Of a DNA stretch of 64,000 nucleotides, positions 48,854-57,710 are shown piece after piece. A program made the translations under genes and the position numbers. The number at the start of each line of letters is the position of its first letter. The first letter of the stretch is position 1. Source of the DNA: an uncultured archaeon. Lineage in GTDB: Archaea; Aenigmatarchaeota; Aenigmatarchaeia; CG10238-14; SCSR01. Location of the stretch: positions 9,127-73,126 of the forward strand of contig CAZYHQ010000002.1 of the NCBI GenBank assembly GCA_964646855.1. Reading direction: 5' to 3'. The notes beneath the pieces are model-generated. The model had not been told where the DNA came from. It worked only from the letters and a program-made list of their open reading frames with translations, and did no database searches.

Positions 48854-49642
48854 ATGAATTTGTCCGAAGCTTACAAAAATTTTGATGTTTACTGGCAGAT
48901 GATTGTCACCCTTGTTGTTCTCGCTGGTTTTGGTGTATACAAATACGGTTTTGCTGACACCCTGCCTCAGCTTGCTGTCGCCGTAGCGGTTGCAACAGTT
49001 TCGGATTTGCTGATAAATTTTTTCCTTCACAAGCAGAGAGTTTTTTCCAAGTCAGCAATAATTTCCGGCTTGTTTGTTGGCATGCTGCTGAACGTAGGAC
49101 TAGTTTGGTACGCTTCAGCTATTGCGGCTTTGCTCGCCATACTGACAAAGCACCTAATCCGTTTCAGAAGAATTAACATCTTTAATCCGGCGGCACTCGG
49201 GGTTTTGATAACTTTGTTCTTGTTTCCAAATTCAAGCGCGTGGTGGGGAGGCGAGCAGATGATTGCGATTATTGTCTTGGGTCTGCCGATTTTGTACAGG
49301 ATTAAAAGGCTGCAGATGGTAGCAATATTTCTTGTTTCTTACGCCGTCGTCTCTTTGGTTTACGACCGGTCTCTGGTAAATGTTTCTTCACTGCAAAACT
49401 TAATACTCAATCCGACTTTGTTATTCTTTTCATTTTTCATGCTGACCGAACACAAAACAAATCCTTTTACCAGTAGAGGCAGGATTATTTATGCGCCTGT
49501 AGTTGCAGCAATTTCTTTCTTCAGTTTAATTTTCTTACCACAATACAATTTTATTTTAGGATTAGTGATTAGCAATTTGATTTCTGTTTTGCTGAATCAG
49601 ATTAGAACAAAAACTTCATCACCAACAACTTTAACTTCGTAA
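48854..49642 (+). CDS. RnfD/NqrB-like polytopic membrane protein
   Basis: 262 aa: SAIISGLFVGMLL, INIFNPAALGVLI, FFMLTEHKTNPFTSRGRIIYA. These resemble RnfD/NqrB family blocks (FNPA..., F..TDP.T.P). The 3' end overlaps the convergent Rieske gene by 46 nt. Confidence 0.55.
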   Translation: MNLSEAYKNFDVYWQMIVTLVVLAGFGVYKYGFADTLPQLAVAVAVATVSDLLINFFLHKQRVFSKSAIISGLFVGMLLNVGLVWYASAIAALLAILTKHLIRFRRINIFNPAALGVLITLFLFPNSSAWWGGEQMIAIIVLGLPILYRIKRLQMVAIFLVSYAVVSLVYDRSLVNVSSLQNLILNPTLLFFSFFMLTEHKTNPFTSRGRIIYAPVVAAISFFSLIFLPQYNFILGLVISNLISVLLNQIRTKTSSPTTLTS

Positions 49643-49902
49643 GTAGGCTCGTCTTCCTCTGCAGGCGGTGCTAAAACTTTTCCAGTCTTCACATCAAACT
49701 GAGCATAATGGCAATGACAAGTCAACACATTTCCTTGAAGTATGCCTTCTGCAAGCGAACATTCTTCATGAGTACAAACATCGCCTATAGCATACAACTT
49801 GCCGTCCAAATTTGTAATCATTATGTCCTGCCCGTTTACAACAACTCTTTTCTTGTCGTTAGCTGGAAAGTCAGACAACTTGCCGACCTTTACCTGTGTC
49901 AT
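49597..49902 (-). CDS. Rieske [2Fe-2S] ferredoxin
   Basis: 101 aa: CTHEECSL (CxH) and CHCHYAQF (CxxH). Confidence 0.85.
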   Translation of the reverse strand: MTQVKVGKLSDFPANDKKRVVVNGQDIMITNLDGKLYAIGDVCTHEECSLAEGILQGNVLTCHCHYAQFDVKTGKVLAPPAEEDEPTYEVKVVGDEVFVLI

Positions 49903-49998
49903 AAAAATTTTATGTCAGATTTGATATTTAAGTTTAAAATCTTTAGTGAAAAGTATCACGGCGTTATATTTAAATAGTTTTAAGCTGAAGAATAAACC

Positions 49999-50373
49999 AT
50001 GCGTGTGCTTTGCGAGGTTGTGGTTTCTGATATCCTACCTACCTTGCGGTCTTTGATTACTCGAGAACTCGTACGAAATTACAAACTAAGTCAGGTTGAC
50101 ATATCTAAAAAATTAGGCATCACACAGCCGGCTGTTTCACAATACAAAAGTGGAATGAGGGCTTCGAAGGCCAAAAAAATTACCGGGAATAAGACAATCA
50201 TGAGCGCCATAAAAAAGCTGTCTGCTGATATTGCTAGCAAGGAATTCTCTCCTGTCGACGTGCACGTGAGAATTTGCCAGTTATCCGAAAAATTAATCGA
50301 AGAAAAAATTTTTACTGACGAGGAAATTTCTCCAGGGCCTTGTATTATTGATAGAAAAAGGTTTGGAAAATGA
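49999..50373 (+). CDS. HTH (XRE-like) transcriptional regulator upstream of the suf operon
   Basis: 124 aa: LSQVDISKKLGITQPAVSQYKSG HTH, with C-terminal Cys residues. ATGA overlap with sufC. Confidence 0.65.
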   Translation: MRVLCEVVVSDILPTLRSLITRELVRNYKLSQVDISKKLGITQPAVSQYKSGMRASKAKKITGNKTIMSAIKKLSADIASKEFSPVDVHVRICQLSEKLIEEKIFTDEEISPGPCIIDRKRFGK

Positions 50374-51125
50374 GTTTGGAAATTAAAAACCTACACGTTT
50401 CGGTTGATGGAAAAGAAATTCTGAAAGGTATAACTCTGCAGATGGAAAAGGGAGAAGTTCATGCGTTGATGGGGCCTAACGGAAGCGGAAAAACTTCGTT
50501 GTCTTTCGCTTTGATGGGGCATCCCAAGTACAAAATTGAGCGCGGAGAAATTGTTTTTGAAGGTCAGGACATCACAAAACTCTCCACGGATAAGCGAGCA
50601 AAGCTAGGTTTGTTCTTGGGTTTCCAGTACCCTGTTGCTGTTTCGGGCGTTACAGTTTCAAATTTTTTGTGGACTGCATATAAAAATCTTCAATCCAACG
50701 GCAACCAAAAATTCGTCTCTCGCATAGATTTCAACGACCTGCTTTCTGAAAAGCTGAAACTCCTGGGTATGGACTCTAGTTTTGCTGATCGACACTTGAA
50801 CGATAACTTTTCTGGCGGGGAAAAAAAGCGAACAGAAATTTTGCAGCTTGCAGTGTTGCAGCAACCGTTTGCACTTTTGGATGAAACCGATTCTGGTACC
50901 GACATAGATGCGCTGAAGATAATATCCAATGGAATAAACCGTTTGGTAAATGAACAGAAAATGGGGATACTCCTAATCACGCACTACAACAGGATTTTGA
51001 ATTACGTGAAGCCGGACTTTGTCCACATCCTAGTTGACGGTAGGATAATCAAAAGCGGAAAAGCAGAACTCGCCGATGAGATCGAAGCCAAAGGCTACGG
51101 CTGGTTGGAAAATAATTCAAGCTGA
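50370..51125 (+). CDS. sufC: Fe-S cluster assembly ATPase SufC
   Basis: 251 aa: Walker A GPNGSGKTS, signature FSGGEKKR, Walker B LLDETDSG. Confidence 0.95.
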   Translation: MSLEIKNLHVSVDGKEILKGITLQMEKGEVHALMGPNGSGKTSLSFALMGHPKYKIERGEIVFEGQDITKLSTDKRAKLGLFLGFQYPVAVSGVTVSNFLWTAYKNLQSNGNQKFVSRIDFNDLLSEKLKLLGMDSSFADRHLNDNFSGGEKKRTEILQLAVLQQPFALLDETDSGTDIDALKIISNGINRLVNEQKMGILLITHYNRILNYVKPDFVHILVDGRIIKSGKAELADEIEAKGYGWLENNSS

Positions 51126-51131
51126 TTGCAT

Positions 51132-52541
51132 ATGAACCAAATTGGAATACGAGAAAGCTATGCAGAAAAGTTCGGTTTTAAGTTTGCAGACAAATCTGTG
51201 CACAAATCAGAACCAGGTCTGTCCAAAAAAACTGTGAATGAAATTTCAGAAATCAAAAATGAAAACAAAGAAAACGAGTGGATAAATAAATTCAGACTTC
51301 AGGCATTGCAACATTTTTTTAACAGGCCGATGCCAACATGGGGGGCCGACATTTCCAGTATAAATTTCGACGACATCACTTACTATGTGAAACCTACTGA
51401 GAAAGCGGAATCCAGTTGGGAAGATTTGCCCAAGGAAATTAAACAAACTTTTGACAAACTTGGGATACCAGAAGCAGAAAGAAAGTTTCTAGCTGGCGTC
51501 GGCGCTCAATACGACTCTGAAGTTGTTTACCACAAAATTCAAGAGGATTTGGCTAAGCAAGGTGTTATTTTTGTTGACCCTGATACGGGTTTGCAGAAAT
51601 ATCCGCACATTTTCAAAAAATGGTTCGGAACAATCATCCCATCCAACGACAACAAGTTTGCTGCATTGAATTCCGCGTGTTTCAGTGGTGGAAGTTTTAT
51701 CTACATACCACCAAATGTTGAAGTCAAACTGCCGTTACAAGCATACTTCAGGATAAATGCGGATGCAATGGGACAATTTGAAAGAACGTTAATTATTGCT
51801 GACCGTGGAAGCAAGGCCCACTACATCGAAGGTTGCTCAGCCCCAGTTTATTCAAGAGATTCTTTGCACGCAGCAGTAGTAGAAATTGTTGCATTGCCCG
51901 GGGCACACATTCGCTATACAACTCTGCAAAATTGGTCCAACAATGTTTACAATCTTGTCACCAAGCGCGCCCATGCGTTTGAAGGGTCTACTGTTGAGTG
52001 GGTGGATGCGAATATTGGAAGCAAGGTAACGATGAAATTCCCAAGCGTGTTCATGCTGGGCGCGAAATCCAAAGCTGACATTTTGTCTGTCGCGTTTGCA
52101 GGCAATGGCCAGCATCAGGACACTGGAGGAAAGGCGGTGCATCTCGCCCCTGACACGACTTCAAGGATAACTGCAAAATCCGTAAGCAAAGATGGCGGCA
52201 GGACAACTTACAGGGGTTTGCTGCGAGTTGCAAAAAACGCTACCAACGTTAAGTCAAGCGTCAGGTGTGACGCCTTGTTGCTAGACGAATTGTCGAAAAC
52301 TGACACCTACCCATACAATCAGATTGAAAACGAGAGCGCAGCCATCACGCACGAAGCAACAGTAGGAAAAATTGGAGAAGAACAATTGTTTTACCTCATG
52401 TCCAGAGGCTTGACAGAAAACGAAGCATTAAATCTCATAGTGATGGGTTTTTTCGATGCGTTTGCCAAAGAAATTCCTCTTGAATATGCAATCGAGTTCA
52501 ACAGGCTTATCCAACTAGAAATGTCCGGCTCTGTCGGCTGA
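51132..52541 (+). CDS. sufB: Fe-S cluster assembly scaffold SufB
   Basis: About 469 aa: GGSFIYIPPNV, EGCSAP, typical SufB C-terminal beta-helix. ATG 51132 was chosen over TTG 51126. Confidence 0.95.
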   Translation: MNQIGIRESYAEKFGFKFADKSVHKSEPGLSKKTVNEISEIKNENKENEWINKFRLQALQHFFNRPMPTWGADISSINFDDITYYVKPTEKAESSWEDLPKEIKQTFDKLGIPEAERKFLAGVGAQYDSEVVYHKIQEDLAKQGVIFVDPDTGLQKYPHIFKKWFGTIIPSNDNKFAALNSACFSGGSFIYIPPNVEVKLPLQAYFRINADAMGQFERTLIIADRGSKAHYIEGCSAPVYSRDSLHAAVVEIVALPGAHIRYTTLQNWSNNVYNLVTKRAHAFEGSTVEWVDANIGSKVTMKFPSVFMLGAKSKADILSVAFAGNGQHQDTGGKAVHLAPDTTSRITAKSVSKDGGRTTYRGLLRVAKNATNVKSSVRCDALLLDELSKTDTYPYNQIENESAAITHEATVGKIGEEQLFYLMSRGLTENEALNLIVMGFFDAFAKEIPLEYAIEFNRLIQLEMSGSVG

Positions 52542-52550
52542 GGTGTTTGC

Positions 52551-53774
52551 TTGCAGATAAAAGAAGCTTTTCAGAATTCTTTAAAAAATGGGCAGGAATT
52601 TTCAAAAGACTTTAGAAAGAAATCTTTTGAAAACTTTGAAAAGTTGCCAACAGAAAGCTCCCAGGTTTTCAAATATGAAACTTATTTCAACAATTTTGAT
52701 TTCGATATGCAGACAACGAGCGAAAAAAATAACGTAATGGTAAGCTCTGACGGCCTGGTCGTGCGCAGTATCGAAGAAATGATTGCTGAAAATCCAAAAG
52801 AATTGGAAAATTTTCTTCACGTTTCAGACGACAAGTTTCTGAGTTTCAACAACGCCATGTTTGACTCAGGATATTACGTTTACATACCTAAGAACACCGC
52901 GGTCGCGACGCCACTTGTGATAAGAAAAGAATTTCAGGAGAACAGCTTTTCAAAATTAATTATTGTTGTTGACGCAAACAGCAGCTTGAATGTCATAGAA
53001 GAGCTTACTTCCTCGCCCGACAAAATTCTGTGCAGCGAGTCGACTGAAATCGTTTTGAAGGAAAATGCTGAATTGAAATTTTTATCCGTGCAAAATCTTG
53101 GAAAAAATACCGTACATCTGACAAACAAAAACGCATACTGCTCCCGAGATAGCAAAATTTTTTGGAACATCGGGCTTTTCGGTTCGGGCAAAGTCAGATC
53201 ACGGATTAACAATTTTCTTGAAGGCGACGGCTCAAATTGCGAGGATGTGGAATTGGTTTTTTCTGACGGTGAGCAGACGTTTGACACATTTTCTAGTCTT
53301 ATTCATAAAGGAAGGCATACCACCGGTAAAGTTTTGTCTAAAAGTGTGTTGAAGGACAAATCGGCATGTGTGTTCAAGGGTATGATTAAAATCGGTTCAA
53401 ATGCAAAAAATACCAACTCCTTCCTTGCGGAGCATGCCATGCTGCTGGGCAAAGATGCAAGAGCCAATGCGATTCCTAGTTTGGAAATTGAAACAAACGA
53501 TGTGAAAGCAACTCATGCGGCCTCGGTTTCGCAGATTGACGAGGAAAAAATCTTTTATCTCATGTCCCGAGGACTAGACGAAGACACCGCAAGAAAACTT
53601 ATAATTTTTGGATTTTTCGACCCGCTGATAATGAGAATTTCAGATAAAAACATTAGGGAAAAAATTGTTCAGGTGATTGAAAGTAAATGGTCAGGCAAAC
53701 TTGGCGATTATCAAACAATTGACAGTAAATTAAAATCCACTGACATGTTTGAAGGTCATTACAAATACAGGTGA
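52551..53774 (+). CDS. sufD: Fe-S cluster assembly protein SufD
   Basis: 407 aa, a SufB/D-family beta-helix paralog (GYYVYIPKNT, FYLMSRGL). TTG start. Confidence 0.85.
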   Translation: MQIKEAFQNSLKNGQEFSKDFRKKSFENFEKLPTESSQVFKYETYFNNFDFDMQTTSEKNNVMVSSDGLVVRSIEEMIAENPKELENFLHVSDDKFLSFNNAMFDSGYYVYIPKNTAVATPLVIRKEFQENSFSKLIIVVDANSSLNVIEELTSSPDKILCSESTEIVLKENAELKFLSVQNLGKNTVHLTNKNAYCSRDSKIFWNIGLFGSGKVRSRINNFLEGDGSNCEDVELVFSDGEQTFDTFSSLIHKGRHTTGKVLSKSVLKDKSACVFKGMIKIGSNAKNTNSFLAEHAMLLGKDARANAIPSLEIETNDVKATHAASVSQIDEEKIFYLMSRGLDEDTARKLIIFGFFDPLIMRISDKNIREKIVQVIESKWSGKLGDYQTIDSKLKSTDMFEGHYKYR

Positions 53775-54997
53775 GTTTTCTGGATATTGAAAAAATTAGG
53801 CAAGATTTTCCAATACTTAATAGAAAAATAAACGGAAAGCAACTGGTTTTTTTGGACAATGCTTCAACTTCGCAAAAGCCACGACAGGTTATTGATGCGA
53901 TTAAAAATTACTACGAAGAACATAATGCAAATCCTCATAGGTCAATTTACAAACTTTGTGAAGAAGCAACAGAAATTTATGAGAAGTCGCATGAAGACGC
54001 TTCAAAATTCATTAAAGCCTCAGGCAAAGAAGAAATTGTTTTTGTTCGAAATACAAACGAGGCAGTAAATCTTGTGTTGCATTCGTGGGCCATTGACAAT
54101 TTGAAAAAGGGCGACGAGATACTGCTGACTATGATGGAGCATCATGCAAACATCGTACCCTGGCAGTATCTCCAAAAATTTGGAATCAAATTAAAATTTG
54201 TCGGTCTGAATGGTAACGGCACTTTGGATTCGGATGATTTTGAGAAACAGCTCACAAAAAATGTGAAATTGGTCTCTTTAACTCATTGTTCGAATGTTTT
54301 GGGTACAATAAACGGCGTGAAAGGGATTTCCAAATTAGCGCATGATAACGGCAGTTTGTTCTTTGTAGACGGAGCGCAGTCGGTTCCGCACATGCCTGTT
54401 GACGTAAAAGATATTGGTTGCGATTTTCTTGCATTTTCTGGGCACAAGATGCTCGCACCTATGAACATCGGCGTTCTGTACGGCAAAAAGGAGCTCCTAG
54501 AAAAAATGGAGCCATTCATGCGCGGCAGCGACATGATCAAAGAAGTTAAAACCACTGGAGCAACTTGGAATGATTTGCCATGGAAGTTTGAAGCCGGCAC
54601 GCCGAACGTTGAAGGCGCAGTCGGACTTTCTGCGGCCATTGATTATTTGAAAAAATTAGGCATGGAAGAAATCGAGAAGCACGAAGAAGAATTAACTGAG
54701 TATGCTTTAGAAAAATTGTCTGCTATCGATGGTATAGCAATTTACGGCCCGAATGGTGGAGAAAAAAGAGCAGGAATAATTTCTTTCAATTTGAAAGGCG
54801 TCCATTCTCATGATACCGCGCAAATTCTCGATGATTTTGGAATTGCAATAAGGTCAGGCCATCATTGTGCTATGCCTCTTATGGAATTTTTAGGAATACA
54901 ATCTGCTGCACGGGCCAGTTTCTATTTGTATACGACCAAAGAAGAGATTGATGCTCTGGTGAGCGGTTTGCATAAAGTCAGACAGGTGTTCAAATGA
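53771..54997 (+). CDS. sufS: Cysteine desulfurase SufS
   Basis: 408 aa, class V aminotransferase: FLDNASTSQKP, FSGHKM (PLP Lys), RSGHHCAMPL (catalytic Cys). GTG start overlaps the sufD stop. Confidence 0.9.
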   Translation: MSFLDIEKIRQDFPILNRKINGKQLVFLDNASTSQKPRQVIDAIKNYYEEHNANPHRSIYKLCEEATEIYEKSHEDASKFIKASGKEEIVFVRNTNEAVNLVLHSWAIDNLKKGDEILLTMMEHHANIVPWQYLQKFGIKLKFVGLNGNGTLDSDDFEKQLTKNVKLVSLTHCSNVLGTINGVKGISKLAHDNGSLFFVDGAQSVPHMPVDVKDIGCDFLAFSGHKMLAPMNIGVLYGKKELLEKMEPFMRGSDMIKEVKTTGATWNDLPWKFEAGTPNVEGAVGLSAAIDYLKKLGMEEIEKHEEELTEYALEKLSAIDGIAIYGPNGGEKRAGIISFNLKGVHSHDTAQILDDFGIAIRSGHHCAMPLMEFLGIQSAARASFYLYTTKEEIDALVSGLHKVRQVFK

Positions 54998-55377
54998 ATT
55001 CAGACTTGTACCAGGAAAATATTTTGGAACATTTCAAGAATCCTGCAAACCGCGGAAAGTTGGACAATGCAGATGCAAAATCCTACGAAGTTAATCCATT
55101 ATGCGGCGATGAAATCGAAGTTGCGATAAAGGTAAACGGTGGCCATATTTCAGAAGCAAAATTTAACGGCGTGGGCTGCGCAATCAGTCAGGCATCAGCG
55201 GATATTTTGTTAGATCAGGTGAAAGGGAAACTAGTAAAAGATGCGGCAACACTTGACAAAGACAAGTTTCTAAAAAGTTTAGGCATCGAACTTAGTGCAC
55301 TTCGATTGAAATGCGCACTGCTCGCATTTAAAGCCCTCAAGCTTGCAGCAATAAAAATGATTTCAAAAGGCGAATGA
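54994..55377 (+). CDS. sufU: SufU/IscU-like sulfur acceptor/scaffold
   Basis: 127 aa: NPLCGDEIEV, GVGCAISQASA, RLKCALLA. Confidence 0.85.
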   Translation: MNSDLYQENILEHFKNPANRGKLDNADAKSYEVNPLCGDEIEVAIKVNGGHISEAKFNGVGCAISQASADILLDQVKGKLVKDAATLDKDKFLKSLGIELSALRLKCALLAFKALKLAAIKMISKGE

Positions 55378-55680
55378 ATGCAATTCCAGGAAAAAGTTTG
55401 GAAGCTGATGAAAAGAATTCCTGAGGGAAAAATAACTACTTATAAAATTATTGCGGAAAAACTTGGAACTAAGGCTTATCGTGCTGTTGGTAACGCCTGC
55501 GCAAACAACCCTTACTCTCCAGAAGTCCCATGTCATCGCGTAGTTAATTCTGATGGACGTGTTGGAAACTTCTCTGCGCCTGGTGGCATACAAGCAAAGA
55601 TAAAACTATTGCAGTCAGAAGGACTAGAAATTAAGCGTGGTGTTGTCGTGTCATTTGAAAAAAGTTTATTCAAATTATAA
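55378..55680 (+). CDS. ogt: MGMT-family methylated-DNA--protein-cysteine methyltransferase domain protein
   Basis: 100 aa, C-terminal MGMT domain only: IPEGKITTYKIIA...NPYSPEVPCHRVV (PCHR active site). Confidence 0.8.
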   Translation: MQFQEKVWKLMKRIPEGKITTYKIIAEKLGTKAYRAVGNACANNPYSPEVPCHRVVNSDGRVGNFSAPGGIQAKIKLLQSEGLEIKRGVVVSFEKSLFKL

Positions 55681-55869
55681 ATCTTTGTCGAGAACTCGGA
55701 CACCACAGTATTCCAGTGCTCTTTTGCGAGCTTCCGACTTTTCAACATTCGCCCCTAGAAGCCCTATATATTTTTCTTTGAATCTTTCAAGGTTCCCCTT
55801 TTCAGATAATTCAGAGTATACAGAGTCTCCAAGAACCCAGTAGATTTTCATTGTTGACAATCTTCCCAT
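55675..55869 (-). CDS. Hypothetical small protein
   Basis: 64-aa ORF with no motif. Its 3' end overlaps the 3' end of the convergent ogt gene by 6 nt. Confidence 0.35.
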   Translation of the reverse strand: MGRLSTMKIYWVLGDSVYSELSEKGNLERFKEKYIGLLGANVEKSEARKRALEYCGVRVLDKDL

Positions 55870-55905
55870 TTTAGAATGAACGTAAGAAAGAGATTTAAAC
55901 CTTTG

Positions 55906-56004
55906 TGCAGGAGGCCGGATTTGAACCAGCGAAGGGACTAACCCACGAGGTTTCTTCCTGATGACCTAAGCCTCGCGCCATTGACCAGACTAGGCGACTC
56001 CTGC
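55906..56004 (-). tRNA. tRNA-Leu (anticodon UAG) with a canonical-position intron of about 13 nt
   Basis: GCAGGAG/CTCCTGC acceptor, D arm GCC..GGC, anticodon stem CGAGG/CCTCG. The loop CUUAGG is interrupted after position 37 by TCATCAGGAAGAA. Long variable arm, T arm GCTGG-TTCAAAT-CCGGC. 99 nt total. Confidence 0.85.
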
Positions 56005-56042
56005 GTAAAAAAATAATAACACGCTTCACTTATAAACTATTA

Positions 56043-56489
56043 ATGGTGGAGCTGAATTATCCCTTTCTCGTTTTGATATTTGCGCTTGTATTTGTCACTG
56101 TTTTTCTTGCATACTATAAATCCGATAAAAAATTTGCAGTTGTCGAAATCGATGGCATTAAGGTGAATGCAGAAGTTGCGAATAATTTTGCTAAACAAGC
56201 GGTCGGATTGATGTTCAGAGAAAAACTCGGGAAGAACGATGGTATGATTTTTGTATTTGGCAAAGAGGATTACCACAAATTCTGGATGATGAATGTGAAA
56301 TTCCCGCTTGATTTCATTTGGATTAGCGGCAACAAAACTGTTGTTGATGTGACAGAGAATGCACAGCCCTGTTTGATTAATTGTACCAGCTTTACATCCA
56401 AAGGAAAAGCACAGTATGTGTTAGAACTGAATACAGGATTTGTTAAAGAAAATAAAATTAAAGTTGGGGATAAAGTTAAAGGCATCTAG
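56043..56489 (+). CDS. DUF192 domain protein
   Basis: 148 aa with a TM/signal N-terminus: GLMFRE...DGMIFVF...FWMMNVKFPLDFIWI, typical of DUF192. Confidence 0.75.
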   Translation: MVELNYPFLVLIFALVFVTVFLAYYKSDKKFAVVEIDGIKVNAEVANNFAKQAVGLMFREKLGKNDGMIFVFGKEDYHKFWMMNVKFPLDFIWISGNKTVVDVTENAQPCLINCTSFTSKGKAQYVLELNTGFVKENKIKVGDKVKGI

Positions 56490-57094
56490 AATCCTAGTTT
56501 TTCCTTTACAAAAATCAAAGTTATTCTTCCGGCTATCTTTTCCTTGTTAATAATTAGAAGTTTATTGACACCACTGCCTACGCCGTACGCTTTTTTCGCT
56601 CGTTCATCCTCAAGTGGAAAAGTATACTCGTAAATTCGCTTTATTCCGTCTTCAACATTCTTTACAATTTTCTGTGTGCCTACAACCCAGATAACTTTTT
56701 CTGCAGCGTAGGCATACGCAGGCAACTGACTTCCACTTGCAGAAGCTATCAAAACACTGCCATCTTCAGCAACAGCATGCACACTTCCCACCGTAATCTG
56801 CGGTGCTGCTCCTACAGCATTCATATCCCTGCTTTGTGTTTTCTTGTCCATCGACATCAGCTTATTGCGAACAGAATTAAATTTTGCAGATTCGTTTATT
56901 TCCTTTGTCAATCCCAAAGAGTCGAGAGTGGTAGAACTCATCGTCATCACTTCGGCTCCAGCAGGAATTATTTCCAAAACTTTCTTTTTCGTCTGGTCAC
57001 CATTTTCAACTACTGACGCTTCAATTCCATTTACCTTCAAAGCTTTGATAGTTTTTTCTATTGTTTCGTTGTCAGCCAATTTGTCCCATGCCAT
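56486..57094 (-). CDS. LUD (lactate utilisation B/C-like, DUF162) domain protein
   Basis: 202 aa from ATG 57094 (MAWDKLADNET). The track ORF extends to 57145, into the tRNA-Glu gene, and was trimmed. Confidence 0.65.
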   Translation of the reverse strand: MAWDKLADNETIEKTIKALKVNGIEASVVENGDQTKKKVLEIIPAGAEVMTMSSTTLDSLGLTKEINESAKFNSVRNKLMSMDKKTQSRDMNAVGAAPQITVGSVHAVAEDGSVLIASASGSQLPAYAYAAEKVIWVVGTQKIVKNVEDGIKRIYEYTFPLEDERAKKAYGVGSGVNKLLIINKEKIAGRITLIFVKEKLGF

Positions 57095-57114
57095 AGTAAG
57101 TCTCCAAAAATTCA

Positions 57115-57189
57115 TGCTCCCTACGGGATTTGAACCCGTGTCCACGGCTCGAGAAGCCGCTATCCTTGGCCGGACTAGACGAAGGGAGC
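57115..57189 (-). tRNA. tRNA-Glu (anticodon CUC)
   Basis: 75 nt: GCTCCCT/AGGGAGC acceptor, anticodon arm GCGGC-TTCTCGA-GCCGT, T arm ACGGG-TTCAAAT-CCCGT. No intron. Confidence 0.9.
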
Positions 57190-57223
57190 GTTAATGAATA
57201 ATTACTCTAAATAAATTAAATAA

Positions 57224-57694
57224 TTAAAATTCTTGCGGCGGCAGATATTCCCACACCCAAGGTTTTTTATCTTCTATAGAAACAACTTCTTTATTCTTTT
57301 TAAGTATTGTCAAATAGTGTGCAATTGCGCCTGTTCCAAACCCCAGATCATTTGCAGCCTGCCTCGCTCGAATTCTAATCTTAGATTTGAGGTAGGCTCT
57401 CAATTTTGCAAGGATCTCTTCACCTAACTTCTTATGATCATTATTCTTGCGATTATAACTTGCAGTTGCGGCTATTTCGGAAGTATAAACTCTTCGCAAA
57501 ATTCCGAGCTTCACCGATTCGTTATAAAATGTTCTAGTATTGCTAACAAATTCATTAATTTCAGACTTGGTCAAAGGTCCGTGTAGAAAATGTTCGTATA
57601 TTGAGTCTTTCAATAGTATATCTCCACTTTCTAGTTTTTGTCTCCAGCGTTCAGTCAATTCGTATTTTTCCATAGAATTATTTTTTAATAACAA
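57224..57694 (-). CDS. Hypothetical protein (possible C-terminal wHTH)
   Basis: 156-aa ORF: ARQAANDLGFGTGAIAHYLTILKKNKEV is HTH-like. No family recognised. The start could be M8 (57673). Confidence 0.5.
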   Translation of the reverse strand: MLLKNNSMEKYELTERWRQKLESGDILLKDSIYEHFLHGPLTKSEINEFVSNTRTFYNESVKLGILRRVYTSEIAATASYNRKNNDHKKLGEEILAKLRAYLKSKIRIRARQAANDLGFGTGAIAHYLTILKKNKEVVSIEDKKPWVWEYLPPQEF

Positions 57695-57710
57695 AACTTA
57701 TAAATATCAT

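Noticed and set aside
57095-57145. N-terminal extension of the LUD-domain ORF (MDTGSNPVGSMNFWRLT...); likewise 61860..61919 for the glycosidase ORF
   Set aside because: The extensions are translations of the tRNA-Glu and tRNA-Asn genes on the same strand. Internal ATGs (57094 and 61859) give sensible N-termini.
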